This document shows positions 9,426 to 18,593 of a stretch of DNA of 64,000 bases, piece after piece; within the stretch, counting starts at the first letter, position 1; each line of letters begins with the position of its first letter. The notes beneath the pieces are model-generated. The model saw nothing but the letters and a program-made list of their open reading frames with translations, made no database searches and was not told where the DNA came from. The DNA is taken from the IMG/VR virus record IMGVR_UViG_3300027831_000001, positions 3,952 to 67,951 of that record; one strand, written 5' to 3'. The stretch is from a virus. The position numbers and the translations under genes are program-made.

Positions 9426-9881
9426 ATGAACTCCACGAGCACGATCGCGGCCCTGCGCGAGATCGCCGACGCGATCGAGACCTACCCGAGCACGTCCCCA
9501 GGATCGGCCCTCCGCTTGCGCGACATCGCCACCACGCTGGAGCGGCAGGGCGGAGCGCTGGACACCGTGGCCCTGGCCGAACGCCTGGAGGCCGCGGCCG
9601 CAGCGATCAACGCGGCGGCGGAGCGCCTGGATGCCTTGACCGTGGCGACGCCGGACCTGGACGTCGCGCACGTTGAGGCGCTCCGCGGTTTGCACAACGC
9701 CCCGCCGCCGATCGTCACATCGCGCGCGGTGACCAAGCGCTATACGGGGTGGCCGCATGAGATCTATGCTGACGTCACGGCCTCGGGTGGGCAGGGCGGA
9801 GCCGCGCCTCGGTGCCCCGACGGCAAGCCCTGCGAGTCCTACGCGGCATGCGTCAACGCGGGCGGCTGCACGCGCGAGTGA
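9426..9881 (+). CDS. Hypothetical protein with a C-terminal Cys cluster
   Basis: Class B promoter (TAGCGA-17 nt-TAGTGT). Confidence 0.65.
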   Translation: MNSTSTIAALREIADAIETYPSTSPGSALRLRDIATTLERQGGALDTVALAERLEAAAAAINAAAERLDALTVATPDLDVAHVEALRGLHNAPPPIVTSRAVTKRYTGWPHEIYADVTASGGQGGAAPRCPDGKPCESYAACVNAGGCTRE

Positions 9882-9885
9882 AGCC

Positions 9886-10500
9886 ATGCCGGTTCCCCGC
9901 GACGGCGATCGGATCAGCCCCTCGGGCCGCGTGGTGCTCCGTGGTCGCCGGGGTGTGATCGTCGGTCCTGGCCGCCGGGGCGAGTGCACGTGGTGCGCCG
10001 GCAAGGTCACGGAGGCCCGGCGCTCCACGTGGTGCAGCCAGTGGTGCGTGGATGCCTACCAGGCCACCCAGCCGCAGCACCAGCGCGAGGCCCTGCGGGA
10101 GCGCGACCGCGAGCGCTGCGCCCTGTGCGGCCTTGACTGCCAGCGCTACCGGGCGATCGTCTTGGCGCTCTGGCGACGTCGCGGCGGCGGGATGCGCTGG
10201 TCGGGGCACGAGACCTGCGCGGCCGTGGGCCGGCTCCTGACCGCGCTCGGCCGGGCGACGGGTACCCGGCTGGCCTTCGACCTGTTGGAGCGGCGGCGCG
10301 ACTGGTGGGACGTGGACCACGTGGTGCCGATTTCGGAGGGCGGCCACCCGTACGACCCGCGCAACCTCAGGACCCTCTGCCCGTGGTGCCACCAAGACGA
10401 GAGCGCCGCAGGGGCAGCACGACGAGCGGAGCAGCGGCGAGGCCTGGAGGATCCGGGCGCTCAGGTTGCGCTGTTTGACCCCGGGGCGCCGTCGTGCTAG
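9886..10500 (+). CDS. HNH endonuclease
   Basis: RERDRERCALCG ... DVDHVVPISEGG...NLRTLCPWCH. Confidence 0.85.
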   Translation: MPVPRDGDRISPSGRVVLRGRRGVIVGPGRRGECTWCAGKVTEARRSTWCSQWCVDAYQATQPQHQREALRERDRERCALCGLDCQRYRAIVLALWRRRGGGMRWSGHETCAAVGRLLTALGRATGTRLAFDLLERRRDWWDVDHVVPISEGGHPYDPRNLRTLCPWCHQDESAAGAARRAEQRRGLEDPGAQVALFDPGAPSC

Positions 10501-10509
10501 GTGTGTTGA

Positions 10510-10863
10510 ATGAGCACGCGGGACGTGAGCGACGAGACCCTGGACGCGACGCTGCAAGACGCGCTCGCGAGCGCCAAGACCGAGCGCGAGCGCCTGTCGC
10601 TCGCGCTGTTGATCGAAGGGCTGCGACCTGTCCTGGTCCCCCGGCGCATCGCTCGGGGGATGCCCAAGACATGGATCCTGGTGGGGTGGGCCGGTCGTGC
10701 CATCGGCGGCAAGATCCCCATCTACTCCCCGTCAGGGCGGCGCATCGAAGGGCACGACCAGAATCGCCGTACCCTGATCCTGTTCTTGGCCACGCTCTCG
10801 TCCGCCGATGGCACGGCCAGGCCAGCCACCACCGAGGAGATTGCCCGGCGCTATGGCGGATAG
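10510..10863 (+). CDS. Hypothetical protein
   Basis: TTGACC-17 nt-TAGGTG promoter; ATGAGCAC start. Confidence 0.65.
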   Translation: MSTRDVSDETLDATLQDALASAKTERERLSLALLIEGLRPVLVPRRIARGMPKTWILVGWAGRAIGGKIPIYSPSGRRIEGHDQNRRTLILFLATLSSADGTARPATTEEIARRYGG

Positions 10864-11362
10864 CCTCGCCCGCTTGCTCGCCCGTCTGCCCCGCGTGGGC
10901 GAGGTCACGGCCGCTCGGCTCGCCGCTGCCATCGGGGCCCAGCCGGAGGACTACCGGCGAGCCCTGGCCTGCGCGGTGGAGCAAGAGGCCCAGGTCCTAC
11001 GGTGCTCGATCTGTGGCGACGACGTGGACGGCCCGACCTGTGGGTGCGAGCGCGGACCGGCCGAGACGATCCTGGTCGTCACGACGCCGGCCGCTCGCCG
11101 CTCGATCACCCGGGCTTGGCCCGGCCGTTACCACGTGCTGGGCGGGCTCGGTCTGGCGGCCGTCCCGGGCACCCGTGCGCTCCTGGAGCGGTGCCGCGAC
11201 GGGCAGGTGCGCGACGTCGTGCTGGCCCTGGGCGGCTCGCCCGAGGCACGGGAGACCGACGCCACGCTGGCCCGGGTCCTAGGCCCCGTGGGGCCCACCG
11301 GCGGCCCCTCTAGCCTCCGAGCGTGGCGGCCCTCCGACAGTACGACCGCGGGGTCGGGCTGA
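10853..11362 (+). CDS. recR: RecR-like recombination mediator
   Basis: HhH (LARLPRVGEVTAARLA), Zn finger (CSICG..CGC) and Toprim-like YHVLGG / VVLAL..SPEA, in RecR order. Confidence 0.8.
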   Translation: MADSLARLLARLPRVGEVTAARLAAAIGAQPEDYRRALACAVEQEAQVLRCSICGDDVDGPTCGCERGPAETILVVTTPAARRSITRAWPGRYHVLGGLGLAAVPGTRALLERCRDGQVRDVVLALGGSPEARETDATLARVLGPVGPTGGPSSLRAWRPSDSTTAGSG

Positions 11363-12318
11363 CCGTCTACCCGCCGCAGGACCTGGGCGGAGCTGCCACG
11401 CCGCCGATCGTGATCAATGCCCGGCCACCACTGCCGGGCGTGCCAGCCGAGCCCCAGCTGTGGATCCAGGCCAGCGTGACCAACACGCTCAGCCCGGCGC
11501 CCAAAACGGCCACGATCCGGATCCTGGGCCTCTCGCAGACGACCCGGGACACGATCGCCGGCACGGTGCGATCGGTCGCGCAGTGGCTCCCGCCGCAAGC
11601 GGTCGTCAATGTGGACGGCGTGCTGCGCCCTGGCGGCCAGATCGTGACGTCCACGCTGGCCGGCATGGCGGCCGTGATCCTGGAGGCCGGCTGGGGCGGC
11701 GCGCTGCAAGAGGTCTTCCGCGGGACGGCCACGAGCGTGCGATCGCGACGGCAGGGGCCCGACTGGATCACGGAGATCCAGGCCACCGATGGCGGGTTCC
11801 AGTTGGCCAAGGCCGTGGCGTCAAAGCAGTTCGCGCCCGGCACGACCAGCGGGGCCGTCCTGGCCTACCTGGCCACCACGCTGGGCCTCGATCTCGCGCC
11901 GACCCAGGGACTCGCCGCGCTCCAGGGATTTGTGCTCGTCGGGGGCCTGTCGTGCGTTGGCGACTGTGCGGCCGCGATCCAAGACATGTGCGACGCCCTC
12001 CGGCTCTTGTGGTGGGTGGAGGACGGCCAGATCTGGATCCTGGGCGAGGGCGAGAGCCTGCCGGGCCAGCCACTCGTCGTGTCGCCCGAGCCGCTGCCCA
12101 ACGCGATTCGGCTCTACCAAGAGGCCGAGCCGATCGACGGCCAGGGCCTGCGGATCCGGTGCGCCCTGGCCAGCGCGCTGCGGTGCGGGCACTTGGTCGC
12201 GCTGGCGTCCAGCGAGCAACGAGGGACCTACCGCGTGGAGGCCGTCGAGCACGCGATCGACAACCGCAGCGGCGACATGGCCAGCGCCGCGGTGCTGCGG
12301 TTGTCGAGCCCGATCTAG
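11323..12318 (+). CDS. Baseplate hub protein
   Basis: ATIRILGLS, ILEAGW, F.GT, D.ITEI..TDG, WWVEDGQI and G.YRVEAVEH motifs. Confidence 0.8.
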   Translation: MAALRQYDRGVGLTVYPPQDLGGAATPPIVINARPPLPGVPAEPQLWIQASVTNTLSPAPKTATIRILGLSQTTRDTIAGTVRSVAQWLPPQAVVNVDGVLRPGGQIVTSTLAGMAAVILEAGWGGALQEVFRGTATSVRSRRQGPDWITEIQATDGGFQLAKAVASKQFAPGTTSGAVLAYLATTLGLDLAPTQGLAALQGFVLVGGLSCVGDCAAAIQDMCDALRLLWWVEDGQIWILGEGESLPGQPLVVSPEPLPNAIRLYQEAEPIDGQGLRIRCALASALRCGHLVALASSEQRGTYRVEAVEHAIDNRSGDMASAAVLRLSSPI

Positions 12319-12719
12319 TCCTCCCACTCGTCGGTGTCCGACGGGAGCGGCACGTCAAGTGCCGCGAGCTCCGTTTCCTCCAAAGCCTGGAGCGTGACGT
12401 CGGCGTCGAGCGGGCAGGGCACCGGCGTGGTGGCCGGCAGCAGGACTTCGTAGACGCAGCCGTCGACCGCAAGCGCGTAGCATCCGGGCTCGCCGGCTAC
12501 CGCACGCGAGCGCGGGCCGCCCAACCCGCCGCCGCCACGCAGGCGGTAGGTGTGTCCGTCGATGTCGACGGACGCGGCCCAGCCACTGCCCATGTAGCCG
12601 GTGTACCCGCGCAAGGCGGCGCGCAGTGGTGCCGGGCCATCGACGTCGCGCCACGAGATGGGCCGGAACGCCGAACGAACCGCAAGAGGAGCAGGGGATG
12701 GGATCGTGAATCTGGACAT
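12315..12719 (-). CDS. Hypothetical protein (MSRFTIP...)
   Basis: Shares a CTAG stop with the hub gene; preceded by a long hairpin. Confidence 0.6.
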   Translation of the reverse strand: MSRFTIPSPAPLAVRSAFRPISWRDVDGPAPLRAALRGYTGYMGSGWAASVDIDGHTYRLRGGGGLGGPRSRAVAGEPGCYALAVDGCVYEVLLPATTPVPCPLDADVTLQALEETELAALDVPLPSDTDEWED

Positions 12720-12777
12720 GGCACCCCGAAAGCCCGCCCCTCGACTGGGAAGAGTCGAGGGAGCGGGCTGGGGTGCC
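12720..12777. other. Long imperfect hairpin (about 24 bp)
   Basis: GGCACCCC/GGGGTGCC, AGCCCGC/GCGGGCT, CCCTCGACT/AGTCGAGGG. Confidence 0.8.
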
Positions 12778-12790
12778 GGCCACGATGCGG

Positions 12791-13030
12791 CTAGGCGAGG
12801 GCGCCAAGCCCTCGTGCAGTGATGAGCACGCGCTGCTGCGCCCCCGAGGGGACGAGCCGCAGCAGCCCGCGGCGGGCGAGCCGGTGGACCCGGGCATACC
12901 CGGCCGCGTGCCCGCGGTCGCACCCGTCGACGCGGCGGACAATCTCGAGGATGCTCGCCGCGCCTGCAATCGGGCGAGCGGCGAGGTAGAGCAACACGGC
13001 GGACTGCTTGGGGGAGGTTCGGGTGCTCAC
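12791..13030 (-). CDS. Small winged-helix DNA-binding protein
   Basis: SPKQ.AVL..L ... V.RLARRGLL ... ITARG pattern; class C promoter. Confidence 0.65.
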   Translation of the reverse strand: MSTRTSPKQSAVLLYLAARPIAGAASILEIVRRVDGCDRGHAAGYARVHRLARRGLLRLVPSGAQQRVLITARGLGALA

Positions 13031-13080
13031 AAGAACTAAGCTAATACACGCGCGGCCGTCCGTCAACCGAAAAGCGACAC
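13031..13080 (-). promoter_or_regulatory. Class C sigma70-like promoter
   Basis: GTGTCGCTTTTCGG-TTGACG-17 nt-TAGCTT-7 nt-GTG. Confidence 0.75.
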
Positions 13081-13103
13081 GACCCGCGGGACCCCAACCC
13101 GAT

Positions 13104-13448
13104 CTAGCCGGACAGCGAGGCGATGCGACCAGCGATCGCCCGTGCCCGTTTGGCGTCTTCTCGCATGGACGCCGCCCGCTCGTCCATCGCCCTGGCTTCG
13201 GCCTGCACCGCAGCGACGACGGCCGCGCGCGCCGCAGGATCGGTCTTGTAGCTCAGCCGCGGGGCCCGGCGCTCGATCACCGTTCCGCAGCGGAGCCACC
13301 GAGCGTGGCAGGTGAGGCACTCGCGGGCGTCGATCCTCACCACCTCGTAGTCGTCGGGCGCGTCGAAGCCGACGTAATGCCCACGCTCCACGCCCTTGGC
13401 GCGGCCGCACGCGGGGCACTTGAGGTAGCTCGCTCGTCCGCCGCTCAT
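13104..13448 (-). CDS. Zn-ribbon protein
   Basis: CPAC...CLTC; ATGA coupling. Confidence 0.65.
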   Translation of the reverse strand: MSGGRASYLKCPACGRAKGVERGHYVGFDAPDDYEVVRIDARECLTCHARWLRCGTVIERRAPRLSYKTDPAARAAVVAAVQAEARAMDERAASMREDAKRARAIAGRIASLSG

Positions 13449-13609
13449 GGTTCACCTCGTCTCGGAAGCGGACGGTCCGGCACATGGCCGCGGCCGCTGC
13501 ACGGCTCGCACCCGCCCGGCTCCACGCCGTAGCCATCGCCACCGCAAGCGGGGCAGACCACGCGGCCACGCGGCGGCGCGGCGTCGGGGGTCTCGCGGCG
13601 GCGGGTCAT
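13445..13609 (-). CDS. Small DnaJ-type Zn-finger protein
   Basis: CPACGGDG and CEPCSGRG; ATGA overlaps at both ends. Confidence 0.6.
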   Translation of the reverse strand: MTRRRETPDAAPPRGRVVCPACGGDGYGVEPGGCEPCSGRGHVPDRPLPRRGEP

Positions 13610-13767
13610 GGCCCCACCGTGCTCGGGGCGATGTCCTCGCCACACGCCTCGCAATAGGAGCCATCGGTGGCCGGGGTGCAGTCGTCGCAGCCACACGGGC
13701 CAAGGGGCTCCGGGTCGCGCGGGTATGCCTGCCAGTCGCCTGGGAGCGTGCCGTTGTCGGTGCTCAT
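13606..13767 (-). CDS. 53-aa Cys-rich protein (MSTDNGTLP...)
   Basis: Translated by hand; CDDC/CEAC; ATGA overlaps. Confidence 0.55.
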   Translation of the reverse strand: MSTDNGTLPGDWQAYPRDPEPLGPCGCDDCTPATDGSYCEACGEDIAPSTVGP

Positions 13768-13865
13768 GGTGTCTCCGTGAGAGCGCGGCGAAGCGCTTCG
13801 GTGTCGCTGGTCGGGACGTTGCGGAAGTCCTGGGCCTTGCGGTCCAGGACGCGGTAGAGGCTCAC
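13764..13865 (-). CDS. 33-aa peptide (MSLYRVLDRK...)
   Basis: GTGA and ATGA overlaps with both neighbours. Confidence 0.5.
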   Translation of the reverse strand: MSLYRVLDRKAQDFRNVPTSDTEALRRALTETP

Positions 13866-13996
13866 GCTCCGCGGCCCCACGGTGGCCCGGCGGTCGGTGC
13901 CCGGAAGCTCGAAACGAGCGCGGCCTGCTGTAGCTCGCGCACGGTGTCGAGGGTGTGGAGTTGCTGAATGGCCAGCGGGCGGGTTGCGGTGTTCAC
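13862..13996 (-). CDS. 44-aa early peptide (MNTATRPLAI...)
   Basis: Starts directly after a class C promoter. Confidence 0.55.
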   Translation of the reverse strand: MNTATRPLAIQQLHTLDTVRELQQAALVSSFRAPTAGPPWGRGA

Positions 13997-14046
13997 AAGA
14001 ATCAAGCTAGTACGAACGCGGCATCCGGTCAACCGAAAAGCGACAT
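13997..14046 (-). promoter_or_regulatory. Class C sigma70-like promoter
   Basis: ATGTCGCTTTTCGG-TTGACC-17 nt-TAGCTT-7 nt-GTG. Confidence 0.75.
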
Positions 14047-14070
14047 GACCCCGAAGATAGCCTCCCAGGC

Positions 14071-14751
14071 ATGTCCCGCCGCCGCCGCGAGCAACCCGAG
14101 CCGCCCGAGCAAGACCAGCCCCCGGAGCCCACGCCGGACGACCTGCCGACCGTGGAGGTCATGCCGGCCACGCTGGTGCAGCCGGACGTCTTGCCGCCCG
14201 CCGCGATCGCTCGCCTGCTCGGCCGCCGCGACGTCGGGCTCCCGGAGCCCCGCGTGTCGGCTCGCCTGCCCCGGCGCGCCGGCATCGTGCTGCACTGCAC
14301 GGCCAGCGTCCGGCCAACCTCGCCCGAGCACGCCCTGGAGCGGGTCCGCAAGATCCACCGGGTCCACACGGCGCCGCGCCGCATGGTGGAGGTGACGGAC
14401 GAGCGCGGCACCCGGATGGTCAACAAGGGCGGGCGCGGCTGGCCAGCGGCCGGGTACCACTGGGCCGTGGATGAATGGGGCAACATCTACCAGCTGCTCG
14501 GCTGGGGCTTGCTCGGGCGTCATTGCAAGACGGCCCCACCGTCGCTCAACATGAGCACCCACGGGATCGTGCTCTTGGGCAAGGGCCTGGAGACCACGGA
14601 GGCCGAGCGCGCGGCCGTGCGGTGGCTGGTCGAGGACGCAGAGCAGCGCTTTGGCCCGCAGTGGGTGATCGGGCATGGCGAGGTGAGCGAGAAGGAATGC
14701 CCGGGCCCGGCCGGGCGCGCGCTGGTCCAGGCCCTGGCACGGCCCCGCTAG
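14071..14751 (+). CDS. N-acetylmuramoyl-L-alanine amidase (endolysin)
   Basis: IVLHCTA, GYHW.VD, G.HC and GHGEV..KECPG Amidase_2 motifs. Confidence 0.85.
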   Translation: MSRRRREQPEPPEQDQPPEPTPDDLPTVEVMPATLVQPDVLPPAAIARLLGRRDVGLPEPRVSARLPRRAGIVLHCTASVRPTSPEHALERVRKIHRVHTAPRRMVEVTDERGTRMVNKGGRGWPAAGYHWAVDEWGNIYQLLGWGLLGRHCKTAPPSLNMSTHGIVLLGKGLETTEAERAAVRWLVEDAEQRFGPQWVIGHGEVSEKECPGPAGRALVQALARPR

Positions 14752-15095
14752 GGCTGGTATCCGCCCGACTTCCAGGCCACACGGGCAACCTCGGCCGCCA
14801 CGGCGGACCCGAAGCGGAGCGCCCACACGGCCTCACGCTCGAAACACGGCCATTCGACATCAAGCCCCACGACCCCGTGGGCGAGCTCGTGCAGCGTGGC
14901 CTCCACGTCCCCGACGGTTTCGATCGTCTCCGCGTGGACCAGCAATGTGCCGTCACGCCCGCGGCATAGCTGGGCCCCCAGCGGGGCATCGCCCAGCGGG
15001 CGCGCTCCCTTGGGCCGCGCGCCTACCACGACCGGGATACCAAGCTCGTGCCCCAGGTCTTGCAGGCGCTCCCGGTGATCGTCGATTGTGCTCAT
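14748..15095 (-). CDS. Small HExxH metallopeptidase-like protein (ImmA/IrrE-like)
   Basis: ATLHELAH followed by a downstream E..A; class B promoter. Confidence 0.55.
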   Translation of the reverse strand: MSTIDDHRERLQDLGHELGIPVVVGARPKGARPLGDAPLGAQLCRGRDGTLLVHAETIETVGDVEATLHELAHGVVGLDVEWPCFEREAVWALRFGSAVAAEVARVAWKSGGYQP

Positions 15096-15134
15096 GTCTA
15101 CACACCTAGCACGGCGACCCGCTACCCTGCAAGC

Positions 15135-15917
15135 ATGCCTACCGCGCGCGCTATCGACGAGCCCGGGCCGCTGGACGTGCGAGCCTCGCTGATCCGCGGC
15201 GCCCTGGAGGCCATCACGGGGATCCGGGTGGCCAAGGTCCTGGCCTGGCACCCCGACCAGACGGCCGACCTCCAACTCGTGCGGCGGCGGCGGTTCTTCG
15301 CCGGGCGTGGCCGCGCCGGCACGATCGTGGACGAGCAGCCCCTACCCAGGGTGCCCGTGGGTTGGTGGCGTTTCGGCCGGATGCTCCTGGCCGGCGAACT
15401 GGAGGCCGGCGACGAAGTGATCGTGGTCGGCCTCGCCCGCGAGTTCCGGCAGTGGTGGACGACCGGGCAAGCGTTCGACCCGAGCAGCGAGGCCATGCAC
15501 AGCGGCCGCGATGTCTTCTGCCTGCCGTGGCTCTCCTCGCTGGCCCGCCCCATGGTGGCCCGAGCCGCGCGCACGTTCTACATGGGGCGCGAGGACGGTA
15601 CGGCATCGGTCTCGATCCCCATGGACGTGCCGGCCCGGATCGTGATCGATGGGGGACCGGCCGGCATCGTCCTGGGAGCAACGGCCGCCTCGCCCGTGGT
15701 GCTCTACACGCCGCACGCGGCCGCGATCGCCTCGTTCGTGGGCACGATGTCCACCGCGTTCACGACGTGGGCCACGGCCGCCGGCCCGCCGCCCTTCGCC
15801 GGAAACCTCCCGGCCGTGTCGGGCGCCTACATCACAAGCCTGGCCGGTGCCATCACGGCGCTGGGGGTCTCCGTCGCCCTGCCCGCGATGGCCACGACCA
15901 AGACGGTGGCCGAGTAG
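15135..15917 (+). CDS. Baseplate central spike (Gp138/GpV-like)
   Basis: RVAKVL...TADLQ, LPRVPV, LEAGDEV.VV...R and H...D motifs. Confidence 0.8.
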   Translation: MPTARAIDEPGPLDVRASLIRGALEAITGIRVAKVLAWHPDQTADLQLVRRRRFFAGRGRAGTIVDEQPLPRVPVGWWRFGRMLLAGELEAGDEVIVVGLAREFRQWWTTGQAFDPSSEAMHSGRDVFCLPWLSSLARPMVARAARTFYMGREDGTASVSIPMDVPARIVIDGGPAGIVLGATAASPVVLYTPHAAAIASFVGTMSTAFTTWATAAGPPPFAGNLPAVSGAYITSLAGAITALGVSVALPAMATTKTVAE

Positions 15918-16403
15918 CTACCCCTGGGGCGTGAGCGGCTGCGCCAGGATGACCTCGCCCGAGCGGCGCGGCCTCGCGTCGGCCACCAAGCCCCACCGCT
16001 CGCGGGTGGCCAGCCACGTCGTGAAGGCCTGGGAGTCCTCCGTGGTCGCGGGGCCGACCGAGGCCGGTGCTCCGCGGCGCCGGTCTAGGCCTACGATGGT
16101 GCGCCGCTCGGCCGGCGTGCGGATGAGCCGGCCGCCGGTCAACCGGGCCCACGTGCGCAGCTGCTGCCGGCGACGCGGCGAGCGGAGTTGACGGGAGCGG
16201 CGGGGGCGGATCGCGGCCAGGTAGGCGCGCAGGGTCTCCATGGCGTGGCGGAACATCAAGCCGGGTGGGAGACAGGGCAAGCCCTCGACCCGCTCCAGCG
16301 CGCGCGGGTCCAGCACGGTGGCTCGCGGCAGGTTGGGCGGGATGGAGTCCACCAAGGCCTGGACGTCGGCCAGGATCTCGTCGTTCGTTCGGGTGTCACT
16401 CAT
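15918..16403 (-). CDS. Hypothetical protein
   Basis: Class B promoter GTGTGCTAGCGT-7 nt-ATG. Confidence 0.65.
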   Translation of the reverse strand: MSDTRTNDEILADVQALVDSIPPNLPRATVLDPRALERVEGLPCLPPGLMFRHAMETLRAYLAAIRPRRSRQLRSPRRRQQLRTWARLTGGRLIRTPAERRTIVGLDRRRGAPASVGPATTEDSQAFTTWLATRERWGLVADARPRRSGEVILAQPLTPQG

Positions 16404-16446
16404 GGCCGCCACGCTAGCACACGCGACGCCGCCCTACCATCCCACC

Positions 16447-16821
16447 ATGCCTTCAACCTGGGCCGTCGATCCCACGACGCTTGATCTTGTGCTCGACGAC
16501 CAGGGCTTCACGCTCGTCGATGGCATCGAGGCCATCGAGCAGGACCTGCGGCTATACCTGGGGCTCCGGCAGGGCGAGATCCCAACGCGCCTGGATCTTG
16601 GCATCCCGTGGGGCCCGTTGCTCGAGAGCGGCGCGAGCCCGGGCGTGCTGGCTCAGGTCGTGGGAGAGCGCGGCGTCTTGTCGCGCCCCGGCATCGTGGC
16701 CCAGCAGACCACGGTGGAGATCGAGGACCGCACGGCGACGGTGAGCTACGCGGCCCAGGCGAGCCTGGCCGACCAGCGACGACGAGCTGCACTGCGCGGC
16801 TCGATCACGATCCTGGTGTAG
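16447..16821 (+). CDS. Baseplate wedge / sheath initiator (gp25-like)
   Basis: DL.LD....LVDG.EAIEQ.LR..L....GE....D.GIPW. Confidence 0.75.
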   Translation: MPSTWAVDPTTLDLVLDDQGFTLVDGIEAIEQDLRLYLGLRQGEIPTRLDLGIPWGPLLESGASPGVLAQVVGERGVLSRPGIVAQQTTVEIEDRTATVSYAAQASLADQRRRAALRGSITILV

Positions 16822-16831
16822 CCTTCGGGCC

Positions 16832-17035
16832 ATGCAAACCGACTCGCTCTCGATGGCCTTCGCTGACGCATCTCGCCTGGAAGCCCTGAGCCCCGGGGAC
16901 AGCACGGTCGTGCTCGTGCTCGACGGCCAGCACGGTGGCGCGCCGGCCACGATCACCATCGTGGCCACGCCGGCCGAGATCCTGGAGGCCATCACGGCCA
17001 TGGCCCAGCAGGCCCGCGCGGCGCTCCTGCCCTAG
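16832..17035 (+). CDS. Small hypothetical protein with a late-class promoter
   Basis: TAGCCT-7 nt-ATG; fills the gap exactly. Confidence 0.6.
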   Translation: MQTDSLSMAFADASRLEALSPGDSTVVLVLDGQHGGAPATITIVATPAEILEAITAMAQQARAALLP

Positions 17036-17044
17036 CCTCCCGCC

Positions 17045-18559
17045 ATGCCCGATCCGCTCGTCGTCGGAGAGACCGGCCTCCCGCTCTGGCGCTACGCGGA
17101 CTGGCGCGCGTTCTGGGAGACGCGATGGCGCGCCGCCTACGGGCCCGACGCCGACACGCGCGCCGAGACACCCTTCGGGCTCGTCGTCGACACGCTGACG
17201 CTGGGCCACACGCTCCAGAGCGACGCCCTCCAGAGCGTGTGGGCGAGCTCGTTCTTCCGCACCGCCAGCGGCGTGGCGCTCGACCAGCTGCTCGACATCT
17301 TCGGACGCGTGCGCCTGCCCGCCCTGCCGACCAGCGTGACGGCGATCTGGTACGGCGATGCGACGACGGTCGTGTGGGACGGCGTCGGCACGGGTCCAGC
17401 GGCGACCGTGTCATCGGCCGGCCCGACCGACGGCGATCGATACGTCGTGCAGGAAGCCGGCACGATCCCGGCGGCCGATGACGCCGCCGTAGTGGTCTAC
17501 GAGGTCCTGCGAGCTATCGACGGCGACACCTACGGGATCGAATTCGACGATGGCGGCGGTCCGGTGTCGCAGACGTTCGACGCCAGCAGCACCTCGGCCC
17601 AAGACGTGGCCGAGGGCCTGGCATCCGAGATCGTGTCGACTTGGCCCGACTACACGGTGACGACCCACCCGCACCCAAACGCCGACCGGTGGGTGATCGT
17701 GATCCAGGGAAGCTGGATCGCGGCCGCGATCTCACCTGCGTCGACCGACCCCGGCAGCGCGGCCGTCTACGGTGGTGTCGCGCTCGAGATGGCCGGCGCC
17801 GTCACGGGCCCGCGCGTCGTCTTGGCCGGCACGCTGATCGAGATCGCGGCGCCGGCCACCGGTCTCCAGGGCATCGTCAACCCGGCAGACGGCACGCCGG
17901 GCCGCGACCGCGAGACCGACGTGGACTTCAGGGCGCGGCACCTCGACACGATCAACGTGGGCGGACGCGGGACGCCGCAACGGATCCGGGCCGCCGTGCT
18001 GAGCGAGCTCCCCGACCCGCTGGTCGAATACTGCCGGGTGGACGAGAACGTCCAGGGCGTGACGATCGAAGGCCGTCCGGGCCATAGCTTCGAGGTCACG
18101 TGGATCGGGACCGCGACGGCCCAGCAGGTGGGCGAGGTGGTGTTCATCCAGAAGCCCGCCGGCATCCGGGCATGGGGCGGTACCGAGGTGACGGTCGAGG
18201 ACGAGGTGGGCGAACTCCACCGCGTGGGCGTGTCGCCCGGCACCGAGCTGTATCTGCACCTGGAGATCGAGGTCACGGCCGGTGAGGGCTTCCCCAGCAC
18301 GGGTGACCCCGAGGGCGCGATCCTGGAGGCCGTGGTGGACTACCTGGACGACGCGCTGGGGCTCGGCCAGGACTTCTACCGCGTCGCGGTCAACCTGCCG
18401 ATCTTGCTCACCGTGCCCGGCATCTCGGCCATCGTGATCACGGCCGACGCCACGGCGGCCCCGGGCGATCCTCCGACCCTCGCCGCCGCCGACATCACGG
18501 TGGCCAGCAATGAGATCCTCCGGGTGTCCAGCACGCGGATCACCGTCGCGGTCGTCTAG
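17045..18559 (+). CDS. Baseplate J-like protein with an inserted domain
   Basis: ASGVALD, GRDRETD.DFRAR, VDEN, PGHSFEV and KPAGI motifs. Confidence 0.85.
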   Translation: MPDPLVVGETGLPLWRYADWRAFWETRWRAAYGPDADTRAETPFGLVVDTLTLGHTLQSDALQSVWASSFFRTASGVALDQLLDIFGRVRLPALPTSVTAIWYGDATTVVWDGVGTGPAATVSSAGPTDGDRYVVQEAGTIPAADDAAVVVYEVLRAIDGDTYGIEFDDGGGPVSQTFDASSTSAQDVAEGLASEIVSTWPDYTVTTHPHPNADRWVIVIQGSWIAAAISPASTDPGSAAVYGGVALEMAGAVTGPRVVLAGTLIEIAAPATGLQGIVNPADGTPGRDRETDVDFRARHLDTINVGGRGTPQRIRAAVLSELPDPLVEYCRVDENVQGVTIEGRPGHSFEVTWIGTATAQQVGEVVFIQKPAGIRAWGGTEVTVEDEVGELHRVGVSPGTELYLHLEIEVTAGEGFPSTGDPEGAILEAVVDYLDDALGLGQDFYRVAVNLPILLTVPGISAIVITADATAAPGDPPTLAAADITVASNEILRVSSTRITVAVV

Positions 18560-18593
18560 CCGCCCGGGCGCCCGGCGTGCTACTTATGCACGA

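Noticed and set aside
14748-15095. ImmA/ImmR-type induction switch
   Set aside because: HExxH is present, but no adjacent Xre-type repressor is seen
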